The position numbers and the translations under genes were made by a program. From Octopus vulgaris (taxonomy: Eukaryota), in assembly GCA_951406725.2 (NCBI GenBank), contig OX597831.1, positions 17,484,001 through 17,548,000 on the forward strand: a stretch of DNA of 64,000 bases, read 5' to 3'. The notes beneath the pieces are model-generated. The model did not search any database. It was given only the letters and a program-made list of their open reading frames with translations, and had not been told where the DNA came from. Shown here one piece after another: positions 1-13,263 of this stretch (position 1 is its first letter; every line of letters begins with the position of its first letter).

Positions 1-723
1 AAATTTCTAAAATTATTATTTTTCTTGAGTGCAATGAATTGTTCTAAATATATTATTTGATTTCAATTGCAAATTTTAAAAATTGTTACGGATAATATAT
101 TTGATATAAATACGTATTTGTATTGAGCTTAAAATACTTTGCGAAATTAAATTTAAATGTTGAAGTGAATCGAATTGTTTTTTGACAGTTTTTTAAATGG
201 TTTAGAAACACTTCCCACTTTGCAATTGTATTTGTTTCAGCACACGATCTCATATCGAGTCACTTGCTATGCAAATACATTTCTATGATTTTTGGTTTAG
301 TTTTACTATTATATAAATATTTGTTTTAATTATAATTCAATTTGGAAATTCGTTATCAATTCGTTTGAAATCCAGAATGCTGTGTTATTAAAAATGATAT
401 TTTATATTTGCAGTTACAAGAATATTAAACACATTAAAGATAATAACGAATTTGTATGCAAAACGTAGAAAAACGTTAGTGTTTTAAAAAGAGGAATTTA
501 GGGAATACAAGATTCAGTCAGTTTTAAATTTCTGTGATGGTATTCTTCAATCGTTCACGTCGGTGATATCAAATGTTTAATGTGTAATCTTCAATGCAAT
601 TAGACATTTTACTCCAAATATAAATAGATACATAAGTATTTTAATTGAGATTTATTCGTAACAATAAGAATACCTGTATAAGCATAAGGAAATATTTAAT
701 ATATTCAGGTGAATAATTGTAAT

Positions 724-1090
724 TATGGAAACTACTAAGTGTTAATCTGAGGAGTGTAGAAGGGAAGAAATTTCAGATACGATACCGAAAATGATAGTAC
801 AGCCATCGTACACTGTACTATATTCTTTCTAAATCATCACTAAATGGTTCACGGAAATATTACTGCAGCAGCGAAAACATATGTGTGTGGAATGCGTGGT
901 AATACATATTCTGAATATTGTCATTGAACTAACCACAAATATATTCGTGCAGCAAAGAAGGTAAATCACTGTGGAGTCTTTTGCATTTCATTTCAGCGAC
1001 ATGATCAGTTAATTACTCACGTACCTATTCACAAGATTTTCGTAAACATATCTGTGATATCTGTGATATCATGCGATATCTGTGTGTCGA
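724..1090 (+). pseudogene. Decayed C2H2 zinc-finger gene, internally deleted copy
   Basis: An acceptor-like ttcag is followed by ATG GAA ACT ACT AAG TGT TAA and degenerate finger remnants. It is the paralog of 48,282-48,935 but ~288 bp shorter. Confidence 0.6.
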
Positions 1091-1579
1091 CTGTGTTGAA
1101 TCAACCACTAGAAGAGTATTCTTATAACAAACTTAGTTTGTGAAGTCTACTTTCCCATGCTTAAATATCGTTTCTTCTTTACTTTTCCAGTTTTAACACA
1201 AGAATTGTATAGCATTGTGCACTGTTTACTTCATTTGTAGTTATATTTATATAAATCTGAGTGTAGTGTATATATGTATGTATGCGGGGCTCATTATTTG
1301 TTATGCATATGTATTGCTGGTGAGTGTGTGCATGCATCTCTTTAGTGTGTGAAACAGTGTTTCTACAAAATTTATATTTATTCATTTGTGATATATGTTA
1401 AATCCATTACATGAATTATTTCTTATTTAAACGTGTTAATTATATCACTTTTATCATAAGAAGTTCTTTTATTTCTCATATATCCACAAGTGTGAGTCAA
1501 TGAATTAACATATTAAACCTGAAATAAATGAAATATAGCAGCACCTATGTTATTGTAATAACAACACATGTTACAATCA

Positions 1580-2105
1580 GTATAACTTTACTTATGACAA
1601 TAATTTACAATTTTTCCTTATTTTCAATTTGAGGAAAGCCAATATTATCAGTATAGTTATATGTTCGTTGATAACAACTTGATAACCGATGAGAAAAAAC
1701 ACCCGTGAAGTTAAAACGAAATTCTGAGCTAGGTAACATTATACAGAAATTCTGCCAAGAATATCCCGAGTAAATGGCTGGAAGCTTACAAGAAACAATG
1801 AAAAATATTTGTTCTTCATTGTTATTGTATCAACCCTTTAAAAATACGAAGTTAATTAATTGGAAAAATTAAAAGCGTACAAAGACATTATCCCGAATGT
1901 CATAAATGTTCAAATATGAGCAAAAACATAAAACGAAAAGGTTTCTCCAGAGAAACTGAAAATTTAACACAGAGATAAACGAAGAAGACCATATATATAA
2001 CACGCGATATATAGAATGATTAGCACAATGTAAATGACGTGATGCATAAGAACACAGGAATACCATTGTGAAGGATGTCACGTAGAGCCACAAATATGTC
2101 AAACA
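1580..2105 (-). repeat. Unclassified repeat; inverted homolog of 20,190-20,690 plus 21,975-22,050 (empty site of the mariner insertion)
   Basis: The reverse complement matches the flanks of the mariner at 20,691-21,972, e.g. ttgttatcaacgaaca..TA..actatactgataatattggc. A2 copy at ~49,425-49,950. Confidence 0.85.
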
Positions 2106-2199
2106 ACGTGGATTAAGTACATACGTCAATGCAATGTTCGAATTTGAAAATATTGGATTGGGAAGAATGTAATTTTGTTGGGTTTTTTTTAGTGTGAAA

Positions 2200-3130
2200 T
2201 AAAAGTCCATTTATTCATAGAAAGTTTGAACTGAAATAAATTCCATATTTTCCATTTTTATCAATGACCTTTTGCCATCTTTCTGGCATCGATTTCAGGG
2301 CATCATCGATATTGAAAGTTTTATCATTTCAAAAATTTGCAATCTTCGAAATAAATGGTCACATGATGATGAAGGTTATGTGGGGAACGGAAGAGAATTC
2401 CAATCCTAGCTCCAATAAAGTTTCTTGTATGAGCAAAGATGTGTGTTGTCTAGTGTTGTCAAGGAGGAACGCGATTCCTTTAAGATACGCCAATTCTGAA
2501 TTTTTTGTTTGATTGCTGCATCCAGCCTCATTAGTTGTTGAGAGTAAACAGCTGAATTGGTCGTTTGGTTCATAGGAAGCAGATCAAAGTACACAATACT
2601 CTTGCGAACCCATCAAACTGACAGCATGACCAATTTTGGATGCAAATCAACTTCCGATGTTGCTAGTGCTGGTTCATTACGCTTGGCCCATGATCCATTT
2701 AGATTGTTCTTTTTGCAGACTAACCTTGTCTCATCAGTAGAGATGATGTTTCAAAACAAATTGCAATTTATTGCGTTCGAGAAGCAAATTGAAAACACTG
2801 ATTCCTTTTGTAAAATGAACCGCTTAATTAATTTTGAATTCCTCTGTTTCATACATTGAACCTCTCTCCATATAACTCGCACACTTATATGACAATCAGA
2901 TTCAAATATGGCTTTCAATCTGTCATCATCATCGTTAGTAGGTTAACCAAAGCGTTGTTCAACTTTCAGTGAAAAATCTCCAGAACGGACATTTTAAATA
3001 CATTTTGCGCATGTGCCAATTCTATTAAGCAAACAACACCATATAATCTTCAAATATCCCTTTGTGAACCTATGCAACAGTCTTGCCTTTACAGAAATAA
3101 AAATGCAAAATATGACAAAAACTCCATATG
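2200..3130 (-). mobile_element. Decayed mariner transposase
   Basis: Minus-strand fragments read DLLPMNQTTNSAVYSQQLMRLDAAIKQK and ELAYLKGIAFLLDNTRQHTS (the HDNARPH-like motif), with frameshifts. A2 copy at ~50,050-50,950. Confidence 0.75.
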
Positions 3131-3829
3131 TCCTAACGCTTGTTGCCACCTCCCCCCATTTTGTTAGAGCTGTGCAAAGATGTAAGGGGATTATTATTAG
3201 AAGTAGAAGTAGTAGTAAACCTATGCTGATAATTATTATGATTTCTGTTATTAGTATTAATTTTCTTTTCTTTCAATTAGTTTCCATGCCTTGAAGAGTG
3301 TCTTCTAAACACCTAGACACTCACATTCGTAGCCAAAGTCACTCACATTCGTAGGCCATTGGAATAAGCACAACATACTTTTCATTTACAAAGCCATGCG
3401 ATAGAAATAAAATAAAATAAAATGACAGAGGGGAGACGTTAAAAAGGAAAGATGACTACAGAAAGCAAATACGGGAGAAAAGGAAAGAAACATTGACAGC
3501 AAGAATGCTCTCGTCCGTACGTATGACGTACCATAAGAAAAGGTTTTGCAGCATTTATGGCAAACCAGGTGTCATCTTCAAATAATTCCGTGTTGTCTGC
3601 TTCATCATTCAAAGTGCTCCTACAATTACGTGAAATGTACCCGTTTTGAGATACCACATTCTATAGATTACAATCAGTAAACTTTTGTATTTTCTAAGCT
3701 TCTCTAATTCCTTGCTTGGGATATTACGTTCACAATATACGCTCAACGCAATCAGTAAATATATTATATTATTTTGGGTTTCACTACAATATACGGTTTT
3801 AATGCGTTGATAGTCCGCTCTCTATGAAC

Positions 3830-4485
3830 AGGAATGTCACAATGTATCGTTACATTTTCTCTCTCAGTTACAGACTCTAGATGATGCTTGTAACATTTGT
3901 CAGCAATGTCATTTTATAATAGTGACATATCGTTGCATTTTTATCACTTTGATTCTTCTTCATTTCTAATATTTTGGCCTGGCATTTGCCTGTTAATCAT
4001 CTTTGAATTTGATCAGCTTAGATAAAGCCTTCACTTTCTACCTTTAGCCCTGATCTCGGGAGCTACTGATGGTTGTATTTCTTGTGTACATCATTGTATT
4101 TGCTACGGGCCACATATTTTCCATGCCTATATTCTTTCTCCCACCTATCACTCATATGCCCTAACGCTTTTTTGCTTACCATTGATTTAAACTTCTTTGC
4201 AGCAATTGTGGTTGCACTTCCATCATGCTTTTAGGTCTGGATTTTATGCATAAACTCAGTGAAGGCTTTGCTCACTCTTCGATGGCAGAGTGAAACTTCT
4301 TACGTCTGAAGTGGATTTTAAGTGTTCTAACATCACGCTGTTAATATTTCCAAGATATTATTCAGTCCAATTGTTGGGCTTTTGTAAGAGATTTCAAACT
4401 GGATCAATCCTAGACTTGCTTGGGCTCTAAGAAAGTTACAACTATGCTCGTCTGCCTTTGGAAGTTACATCTTATTGCAAGTCAT
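3830..4485 (-). mobile_element. Old R4/Dong-clade LINE fragment
   Basis: The reverse complement resembles 18,050-18,700 of the large LINE (KAD..LYL.RAQ..RGLIQFE..YK..TIGL; ATI.AKK). A2 copy at ~51,650-52,300. Confidence 0.75.
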
Positions 4486-4629
4486 CACATTAGAGGTTTC
4501 CCTATCTATCTACCATATTTCGCTGATATTCCATTTGAAACATTGGAAACTGTAAATAGCAACTTGAAATGTGATTACATTTATGCCTAGCCACTTGTAC
4601 GTGGACTTAACTCGGATTAAGCTTATATC

Positions 4630-4715
4630 AGCTGGAGGGTATATCAGCTGAAACATTGTGTTAACAACAAACAAGAAGAGGACACATATCCGTCCAATGT
4701 GAATAACGTAAATGA
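4630..4715 (+). mobile_element. 3' tail fragment of the hammerhead-like SINE family
   Basis: gctggagggtatatcagctgaaacattgtgttaacaacaaacaagaagaggaca matches the tails at 19,720 and 13,940 (rc). A2 copy at 52,444-52,530. Confidence 0.75.
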
Positions 4716-5129
4716 TGTAATAAAGTCTCATATTACGAATATTATTTATGAATATTACGAATATAAAATATATATTTATGTAATAGATGAACTGATATTC
4801 ATACTGAATTAGTTTTTCGCTGGAAACATTTAGCAATGTTGAACAAAAACAACTTTAAATTTACATAGATAGAATGGTAGGTTTTTTTTTCTAATTAAAA
4901 AGGTAAATATAACGCATGATAACAATAGGAGTTTTGCATGGGAAAAATAGACTGGAACGAAAAATGCGGGTTCTGTATCTAGGATATTCTTAAGCATTCG
5001 ACCTTGATAATTACAAGATTATATAATTATATAACCCTGTGAAATTACGCCAAAAGAAGAAAGTAAACTAAAGATATTTCAGCTGTATTTTGATTTGCGA
5101 AAGAAATTCCTGAAATTATTGTGTGAATA

Positions 5130-5340
5130 CTATGTGCAATGTGGTGGGTGTTACTGTTCTAGTCGTGTTCTCTATTGAGGCTCGGTCTGTCCGCAGATAT
5201 GTGTATAGCCTCTGTAATCTGTCGAGGTGTCGAGTCTGTTCTATGCGTTGAAAGTACTTTAACCACATTTCCGTTCGAGTCATCGGACAGCAGCAAAGCC
5301 ATGGAGTGATGGGACTTGGATGAGGGGAAATTAACACTGC
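5130..5340 (-). mobile_element. Penelope-like GIY-YIG C-terminal remnant
   Basis: RQITEAIHISADRPSLNR resembles the PLE endonuclease end motif EA..I....PSLN. A2 copy at ~54,665-54,875. Confidence 0.5.
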
Positions 5341-5871
5341 TGTTAAAATTAATGACACGCACTCAATCATACACACACGTACACACAAACACACACACAC
5401 ACAAGACACAAACGCAGGTGAACATAAGGATACACATCTTAGAAGAACACAATAGTATAAGAGGAGAAAGAAGACGCACGAAAACGAAAAGTGGCCACAG
5501 ATGTGTGACGAAAACCAAGCGGTCACACATGTGTAACGAAAGATATCAGGACAATAGACAGGAGTTAAAATAATAAAATAAGAACAGTGAGAAACATGTG
5601 GAGAAATATCTATATAGTGAGTGTTTTATTTGGGAAAAGAAATGACCATCTCGAAATAGAACAATGTGTATGTTTGAGAGATTGTAAGTAAAAATATCAG
5701 TACTGAAGACGAACTGTACCAAGCAGAATATAATAGCAGTACAATCGTTTCGGCTTCGGACTGTGGGTGTGGTATGATGTAATAACACCAGATGCAACTC
5801 ACAGTTCTGTAGGCCCTATTCAGGCGATATAACATGCGTTTAAGTTTTACCTTTCGGTTTTGTTTCCAGCA

Positions 5872-5979
<108 letters not shown>

Positions 5980-6899
5980 CAGTACAGATCCATTTGTTAC
6001 AGCGAGGAAGATTTGATTATTAGGAAACTAAAAAGATAAATACACAAACTATCAAGCATGAATCAGGGTGGGGCTGTTTAAATTTGTAATGAAGAACCAT
6101 TTGATAGTTAAATAAAACGTAAATATTTCTAAGTATATGGTGTATATGGAGGGACAAGAGAATGAAAACCTCCAGCGCGTGTAAGCTTTTGAAATATGAC
6201 TGGGGCAATCAAGGAGAACACCATGGTTAGATTAAGGCAATTAGAATTTGTAGAGCCGTACCTTTACGCTCATGCACAGACACACACACACGGGTATACT
6301 CGCACGCACATACATATGCGCAAACATATATATGCATTTAAGCACACACATAGAGACACACTCACACGTGTACATGCACACATAAAGACACACAAATGTA
6401 TATATATATATATGTCTCTGTACACACAGACAATCGTGAAAGCTCACGCTCCCATTTCTACACAAATATACACATGGATACAGCCCCGTGCTTGCGAGCT
6501 CTCACTCATATACGCTCACATATACACATATAAGAAAATATTTTTACACCCATCCCGTTGGCAGATATACAAACTTAGAATTTCCATCTTAGAGTACAGC
6601 AGAAATTTAGGGATCTTACATCTGAACATGATATGCAATATTTCAGCCAAAATGTCTACATTTAGCCGTATTCTTTAAGGGGGCAAATCGATAGATATAG
6701 CGATATTTATATTCACTATCACATAAGCCAATATAGGCCTTCGTATAATACGTATTATTTGTTAGGAAGGCAGTAACGTTTGCCTCATATATGATAGATT
6801 TAGTCATGCATCATTGGTCAATTAGACGTGGTCCTGTAGTGCGACATTTGCAACTAGATTTTAGCTATTGCAATTGAGCACATGTAAATATATTCTCTA

Positions 6900-7200
6900 T
6901 ATTGGGGCACTCTATTATCAGTTAGATTATCACTAAGAAGTATCCTAGACATAGGCAAAGGAGATTTATTTGATTCACCACCCATATTGCCCGAAATGGA
7001 AAACGAACTTAGGTAAAGGATTGTTGTCATTCTTAGACAAACACATTCCAGCAACTCCCAGTGAGAGAAAATATTTAATTGGTGTCGGGTAACACTATCT
7101 GCTGCCACAATATGAAGTCTATCATTACAGGTGGTCAATACCAAGAGCCTGAATCCAGTAGTAATTGTCACCACGAATAATCCGGTTCACTTAAACAACA
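6900..7200 (+). mobile_element. Penelope-like RT-to-endonuclease linker remnant
   Basis: Fragments PY..KWKTNLGKGLLSFLDKH, KIFN and NMKSII resemble the PLE motif PPYS..VKTNIGK.FL.LIDKHF..KIFN...NMKSII. A2 copy at ~56,430-56,730. Confidence 0.55.
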
Positions 7201-7659
7201 AGGTATGATGAAATCTATCGTTTAAGTGGCAGAGGTTAGTGCAACCGTAAATAATAATAATAAAATTGATAAAAATGCGAAATAAAAGTAACACTTTAAC
7301 TCTAGTCGAAACAGATGCGTCGTATTTTCCAAATAAATCCTGAAGATGTTTCTGATTTGGTGCTTATAATATTTTATTACATATAATGTATGACGCAATG
7401 TCCAAGAAGGGGAATAAAGGAATAATAATAATAAAAAAACAGGATCAGGATAGAACATTATGTAGAAAAAGAAGAAAGAGTTGAATTAAAGGAAAGTTTG
7501 GAAATTCAGAAATAATTTTGAACATTGCCATAGAAAAAAATTGAACTTAAATTGTATATATATAATTTTGTGTCAGTGTGTGTGAATGAGTTCACGTGTA
7601 GAAACTTGTTTCTGTCTATGTATATTCACACTTCTGGTTATAAATATATATATATATAA

Positions 7660-7707
<48 letters not shown>

Positions 7708-8920
7708 ATACATATATATATGTACAAATATAAGCAGAAACACGCATACTTACACACATACATAAATACATACTTATATATATTTATATATATATATATA
7801 TTATAGGACGGGGTTCCGTTAGCTACCGTCTGCAAAATACCCTCAAAAGGCATTGGTCGGACAGAGTCTATAGATGTAATTTGCACAAGCTGAGACTGAA
7901 CTTCTGTCAGTAGCGCTTTACTAAATGCGTTGTACTAATTCAGATACGGCGAACTTCATCTTGCACGTAGGACTATCTTGCGGAACCACTTACACTTACA
8001 CATGGGAAGCCCCTTTGTACAAGCATTCAGTTGTAATAACTAGCAACCAGAACTACAAAAGTATATCGAAGAACAACGAAAGCTGATGCTATCGCAATAG
8101 TTCGCCAGCCATAAATTCAAACTGCAAGCATACAGGAGATTCAATGCCAGGTGACACGTCACCCACGCAGAAGATGCGAACATCCAGGTACCGAAGTCCC
8201 CACCCCCAACCGAAGGCAATTACACCATCACAATTATTATACGGATGGTGGTGCTAAAGCATGTGTACTAATCTATCTTTCCCCGTTACATATTGGAAAA
8301 CTGATAAAAAGAAGCAAAATTGTTATGCATTGTTTTCGTTAGTTATTTGTTACAAGGAATCAGTTAAAAATGATGTTTTAGTGTACAAAATTAGACTTTG
8401 GATTTCTGGAGAAATAATACCTTGTATGGTCACCAAGCTTCATACAATTAAAAAAAGATGATCCCCATGAATCTTCACGATATCCAATACATCAAATTAG
8501 ATAGGTAAAAATTCGAAGTATTAAAATTGTATGCAAGCGAAGAAAACGGGGAAAATATGCATGCATAACCTAAGAATAATCTGCCCAAACGCTCAGAAAT
8601 TGTGTTCTATAGAAAACCCGAAAATGATCTCCAGTCAGTTGCCTGAAAGTCTCAAGGTCCAGGTCAAATTTCAGGTCCCTATGCTGTCACAGCCTAATCG
8701 TATCTGTCAGATTCATATCAAATATATATATATATATATATATTGAGTATATTTAAGAGCAATAAAGAAGAAACAACAATATCAATTTCCTATGATTTGA
8801 CAAATATGAAATTCACAGTAAATTATTCTAAGTAAGATTCTGATCGTGCCGCATGCAGCGGCGAGGACAGCAGAACAATTGTCTTAAATATACGGAGTGT
8901 AACATATGTTATTTTATATT

Positions 8921-8991
<71 letters not shown>

Positions 8992-9069
8992 TATATTATA
9001 TATATATATATACATAACCCATCTTGAAGACAGCTTTTTCATGAAAACCGGTGGTGAAGCAGGAAATTT

Positions 9070-9109
9070 ATGATGAAAATTGTCGCTTTTATTTTTGTTC
9101 TCTTAATTT
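9070..9109 (+). CDS. Candidate exon 1 (signal peptide [13 protein letters not shown]) of the small secreted/GPI-like peptide gene, copy A1
   Basis: ATG ATG AAA is followed by 10 hydrophobic codons and a phase-1 donor T|gtaagt. This fits the phase-1 acceptor at 11,435 and gives [17 protein letters not shown]. No clear homolog was found in unit B. Confidence 0.5.
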
Positions 9110-9269
9110 GTAAGTATTTTTTAATTACTATCTCCCTAATTGATCTGACAATAATTTTCAATATATCTCTGTGTTTCAATCAGTGTAAATAACAAAAATC
9201 TAGAGCAGCGTCTATTTATCATAATTCCTCTTTGTAAATATATTTCTCTATCGACTTAAACAATTACAC

Positions 9270-10330
9270 TGTGCGATGAAAAAAGGTTTTCTTGCTATTT
9301 AATCATTTTCAAAAGATTTGGGGCAGTGTTAGGGTGCCGGAGTCGTATCTTGCATCAGTTTTCAGACAACATGTGCAGTTGTTTAGTTATTCAAAGCATA
9401 TTCGATGCGATTGACAATATTCACTAAGTATTAGACTATTTGCTTTCGATTTACATTCATATTCTCATCGCTGGAACAAAAAAATAAATTCTGATAGAAG
9501 AAAATATAGGCTGCGTGTTAAATTGCCACCCAAGATGAGAATTAATTCATTTTTCTTCGTCATCGCTGTCATTATAGTATTGAAGGCGTTCCGAGTGATA
9601 CAACAGATCGCTGTGATGAACCAGGATCTTCAAAAAAGGTTTCTCATTTATTAATTCAACTTAGGTTGAATGATTTAGTCAGACACTCGGGGGTAACAAA
9701 AAAATGTCAAAAATACTGGAATCCAGTTTGAAACAATCAAACCTTTTACAGGATCGTATATAATGCTAGGCGTTTGGAAATCGACACACAGAATTGCATC
9801 TTTTTTTACGAAGAAAGACGAAATTTGCTTTTGTTGTGATGTTGGAGGACTATTATTTGAGACGGGTTCTGGCTATAATCCTGAAGAATGGTGACACTTG
9901 ATACATTTTAGCAAAGTAAGCCTAAGACCTGTTTTTCTGTATAATGGCAATTAAAATCATTCAATACCACTAGTACATGCTGTTAGATTAAATGATACTT
10001 ATGAATCAATGGATAAAATTTCGCTCTTGATTATATATTGTGAACACAAGTGTAATATATGCGGGGTCTTGAAAGTTATTGGTTTGCTTCTTGGGTTGCA
10101 AATGGGCTATAAAATTCACCCGTGCATTATATGCCTTTGGAAAAGCGAGAGGAAAATCATCACTTTGTTCCAAAAAATTGGCCAACGTGAAGTGATTTCA
10201 ATCAGGGAGATACAACGTTAAATAAATCCCTTTAGTTGACCCTCATAAAATTAGCCTTCCTCCCTTACACATTTAAGTTGGCTTGTTTAAGAATTTTGCT
10301 AAATCTATGAATGAAGATCGTCCACGATTC
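9270..10330 (+). mobile_element. Decayed DNA-transposon-like ORF of the GLLLGLQ.GY / LPPLH.KLG type (family not confidently assigned)
   Basis: ICGVLKVIGLLLGLQMGYKIHPCIICLW ... PLVDPHKISLPPLH ... LFKNFAKSM, with many stops. A2 copy at ~58,760-59,820. Confidence 0.6.
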
Positions 10331-10605
10331 AATGCAAGTCTCACGCGATTAGAACCAAAAGCTTTAATATGAAAAATATCGCTAAGATTAATTATACACT
10401 ATTCTCTGTTTCGCACGTTATTACAGGCCGCGCTTTGTTCTTCAGCAGAGATTCCCATTTGTAAAGTATATTGCAATCACCACACAATGTCGGGAAAAAG
10501 CGTGTCAGTAATGAAGGAGAAAAACAACTAGTTAGATTAAATCGGTGTCTCCTCTAAGAAATACTGATGTTTTGGAAGAACTTTGGCAACGCCAGTCCAA
10601 GGGGA

Positions 10606-10636
<31 letters not shown>

Positions 10637-10709
10637 AATATACTGAAAATATGCAAAAAGAACAAAAGACGTAATGGGTGTATAAAAATTAAAAAATGTA
10701 TCATTCTAA

Positions 10710-11035
10710 GGTTCCGGAAGTGAGAATCATTTACATTTCGAGCTTACGCACTTCGACGGAAAGGAACAAATAAATAAACAGGGAGAGAAAATATAATAGG
10801 TTCCATGGCTAGCGATTTATCATCGATAATGCCGGACAAAGGAATCACTCCCTCCGTCTTCCCTTTCTCTTGGCCTTTCCTCTGTCCTATGATTCAGAAG
10901 AGCTTTGCTCAAACGTAATGCTATCTTTCTTTCCTTCCCTGAGCCTCTGCTAAAACGTTGCACGTACCTCGCCCTTGGGTTGTTTAGATTTTTCTTCCTG
11001 TTTTGGGGTGGAATTAATTATGTGTGTTTACACAC
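10710..11035. mobile_element. Short interspersed repeat, paralogous to 40,210-40,540 and 60,220-60,545
   Basis: All three units share cttcgacggaaaggaac...aatgccggacaaagg...gaagagctttgct...ttttggggtggaattaattatg. Confidence 0.7.
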
Positions 11036-11038
11036 CCA

Positions 11039-11117
<79 letters not shown>

Positions 11118-11190
11118 CATAATCTATCGGTCTGTATATACGTGACAGCGTGCCTATATATGTATGTGTGTGTGCAGATATGTATGTGTA

Positions 11191-11306
<116 letters not shown>

Positions 11307-11434
11307 ATGTATATACTAATGTTAAATATGAGACCTTCTGTTCTACTTTCTGCTGGCGATTTAAGTTAGACTGACAGTTTAAATTAAAGATCAATGTAAA
11401 TTTACGATTTAAAACTTTTTCTTTGAAATCCTAG

Positions 11435-11534
11435 GTGTATCAAGTTCCTGCATTATCGGCATGTGTACAGGTTACTCTGGCTTTCGTTGTGGCACCTCCT
11501 ATAGCGAAAATGCAGGCGTACGTCCTGCCCAGCG
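11435..11534 (+). CDS. Exon 2 of the small Cys-peptide gene, copy A1: [32 protein letters not shown](R)
   Basis: A 100-bp exon between cctag| and |gtaggt (phase 1 to phase 2). Its length and splice sites match paralog 41,705-41,804, and synonymous changes (gta/gtg, cgt/cgc) support this frame. Confidence 0.75.
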
Positions 11535-11630
11535 GTAGGTATGAAAAAAGTAAGAAGGTTACCAGCATTGTTGTTGTTGTGTCACCGTCTATCGTCAAAT
11601 TGTGTTCTATTATAATTTAATATTAGACAA

Positions 11631-11706
11631 AATATATATATATAAACATAGGGTATATAATATATATATATATATTATATACCCTATGTTTATATATATA
11701 TATATT
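11631..11706. repeat. AT-rich intronic hairpin
   Basis: tataaacatagggtatataa-(TA)n-ttatataccctatgtttata. The A2 copy at ~61,096-61,200 has a longer centre. Confidence 0.85.
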
Positions 11707-12179
11707 TTTATATATACACTAGTGGAAAAATGGAAAAAATTAGAGAAGGAGATATAATTTATAGACATTTGTATTTCTAACTCATTATTTTGCGAATGGT
11801 ATTTTGACTGTTTATTCTATAAACTGTGTTCATTATTTAAAACATTGTTTGTACGATGTGATTAATAACTAAATATTTTATAATAGAGAAAATATCAATT
11901 TGAGAAATTCATCGTGTACAAAATTACAGACAGTTTGCAGTAAAATTTATAATGTAATATCTGACAACACTCGGACCTTGGTAAACTGATTGACCTAACA
12001 ATACAAAGATTAATATGGTTTAGAAGTGAATATGTAATCATGAAAATACAACAAAATTTTGAAAGCCTGAGGATGCGATTGGTTACATAGGAAAAAAAAA
12101 AACAAAGATTGGAATTGTCTGCTATTATTAGTAACATTAAAGGATCACACTTGTTCTCCCATACTCAAGCATCTAAATA

Positions 12180-12725
12180 TGAGAAACCGAAAATCGAGGT
12201 TAATCGTTGCCAATGAGCACTAATTTGGACGGATGACAATCTTTATGAAAAAGCATGCTTGATTGTGCCGTTAGAAAAACAGCAAAAACCACGGAAAACA
12301 GGTGTTTTGCAGGAAGGTATGAAACGGAGGCTGCCGTTAAGAGACCGTTTTAGAACTGCTGCAGGATGTTCTGTGGTTGTCCATTTGAAAGATGTCGGTG
12401 CTCATGCCTGTTCCCCCGTCACTCATTAATATGAAGAACCGAAAAGCGAGGTTAAGCTTTGCCAAAGAGATCGTAATTTAGATGGATGACGATTGATTCT
12501 GTCTGTTCCTCAATGACAAATGCAAGATCAGTTTGTTTGTCTCCGGTAATAGGCAGGACATGAGACGGCTGAAAAATGAAGGATTGCTCCCTAAATGCCT
12601 GAAGATATGAGTGAAACATTCAGTTAGGCTTATAATGATATGGTGAATGGGTTCTACGGCAGGTGCTGGGCAATTTACCAGGGTCCATACTAATGTGAAT
12701 GAATCATATATTGAATCATCCAACA
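12180..12725 (+). mobile_element. Decayed Tc1-like transposase inside intron 2
   Basis: LINMKNRKARLSFAKE...FLNDKCKISLFVSGNRQDMRRLKNEGLLPKCLKI*VKH...IMIW*MGSTAGAGQFTRVHTNVN is a Tc1 catalytic-domain start with stops. Copies at 42,120-42,665 and 61,675-62,220. Confidence 0.8.
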
Positions 12726-13193
12726 AATTACGATAACAAATACTATTCTATATTTTCTGCATAACGTATTACGTACATTATGTGCATTGAACGGATAGCT
12801 GTCCTCACCTCGTCTCTTCTTACTACAACATCTTGGCAGATGTACTTCCTAGTATTCATCAGGGTTCTGGTGGAATCTCGAACCGTACTAATTCCGAAGC
12901 TATTATTGTTTCTGTTGTTCCTTTTTTTAATAGCGTGAAATCTTATCCACTGCGCCATATGCCTATCGGCATTTATAGAGCGAGTTTTGTTACTTACAAA
13001 CATAACGTTTGTATAAATTTGGGAAATATATCTCCTAAAATGAGACATGAGAATTAAGTCCATTTCGGGATTATTTAGACGCCATTTATTCAACCGATAA
13101 TGTATATATATATAGATACAGAACTGACAGAAATCAATAGACACGCCATAATACATTGTTTAATATTTATTTTCTTATTTTCATGTTTCTAAG

Positions 13194-13263
13194 GTCATTT
13201 TGCTACGCTATATTAACAGCTATTCTACAGACACAAATTATTTTAGAATATAGTGCTATATGA
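13194..13263 (+). CDS. Exon 3 of the small peptide gene, copy A1: (R)SFCYAILTAILQTQIILEYSAI* hydrophobic GPI-signal-like tail
   Basis: A pyrimidine tract and ctaag| acceptor in phase 2. Length and stop position match paralog 44,052-44,121. AATAAA follows at 13,290 and is conserved in all copies. Confidence 0.72.

Noticed and set aside
6196-6678. 160-aa ORF conserved in A2 (55,729)
   Set aside because: It is a degenerate CA/TA repeat, and its conservation only reflects the recent duplication.
11435-11620. ORF-track peptide [10 protein letters not shown]...
   Set aside because: This is the wrong frame. The synonymous substitutions relative to paralog B and the splice phases support the VSSSCIIG frame.
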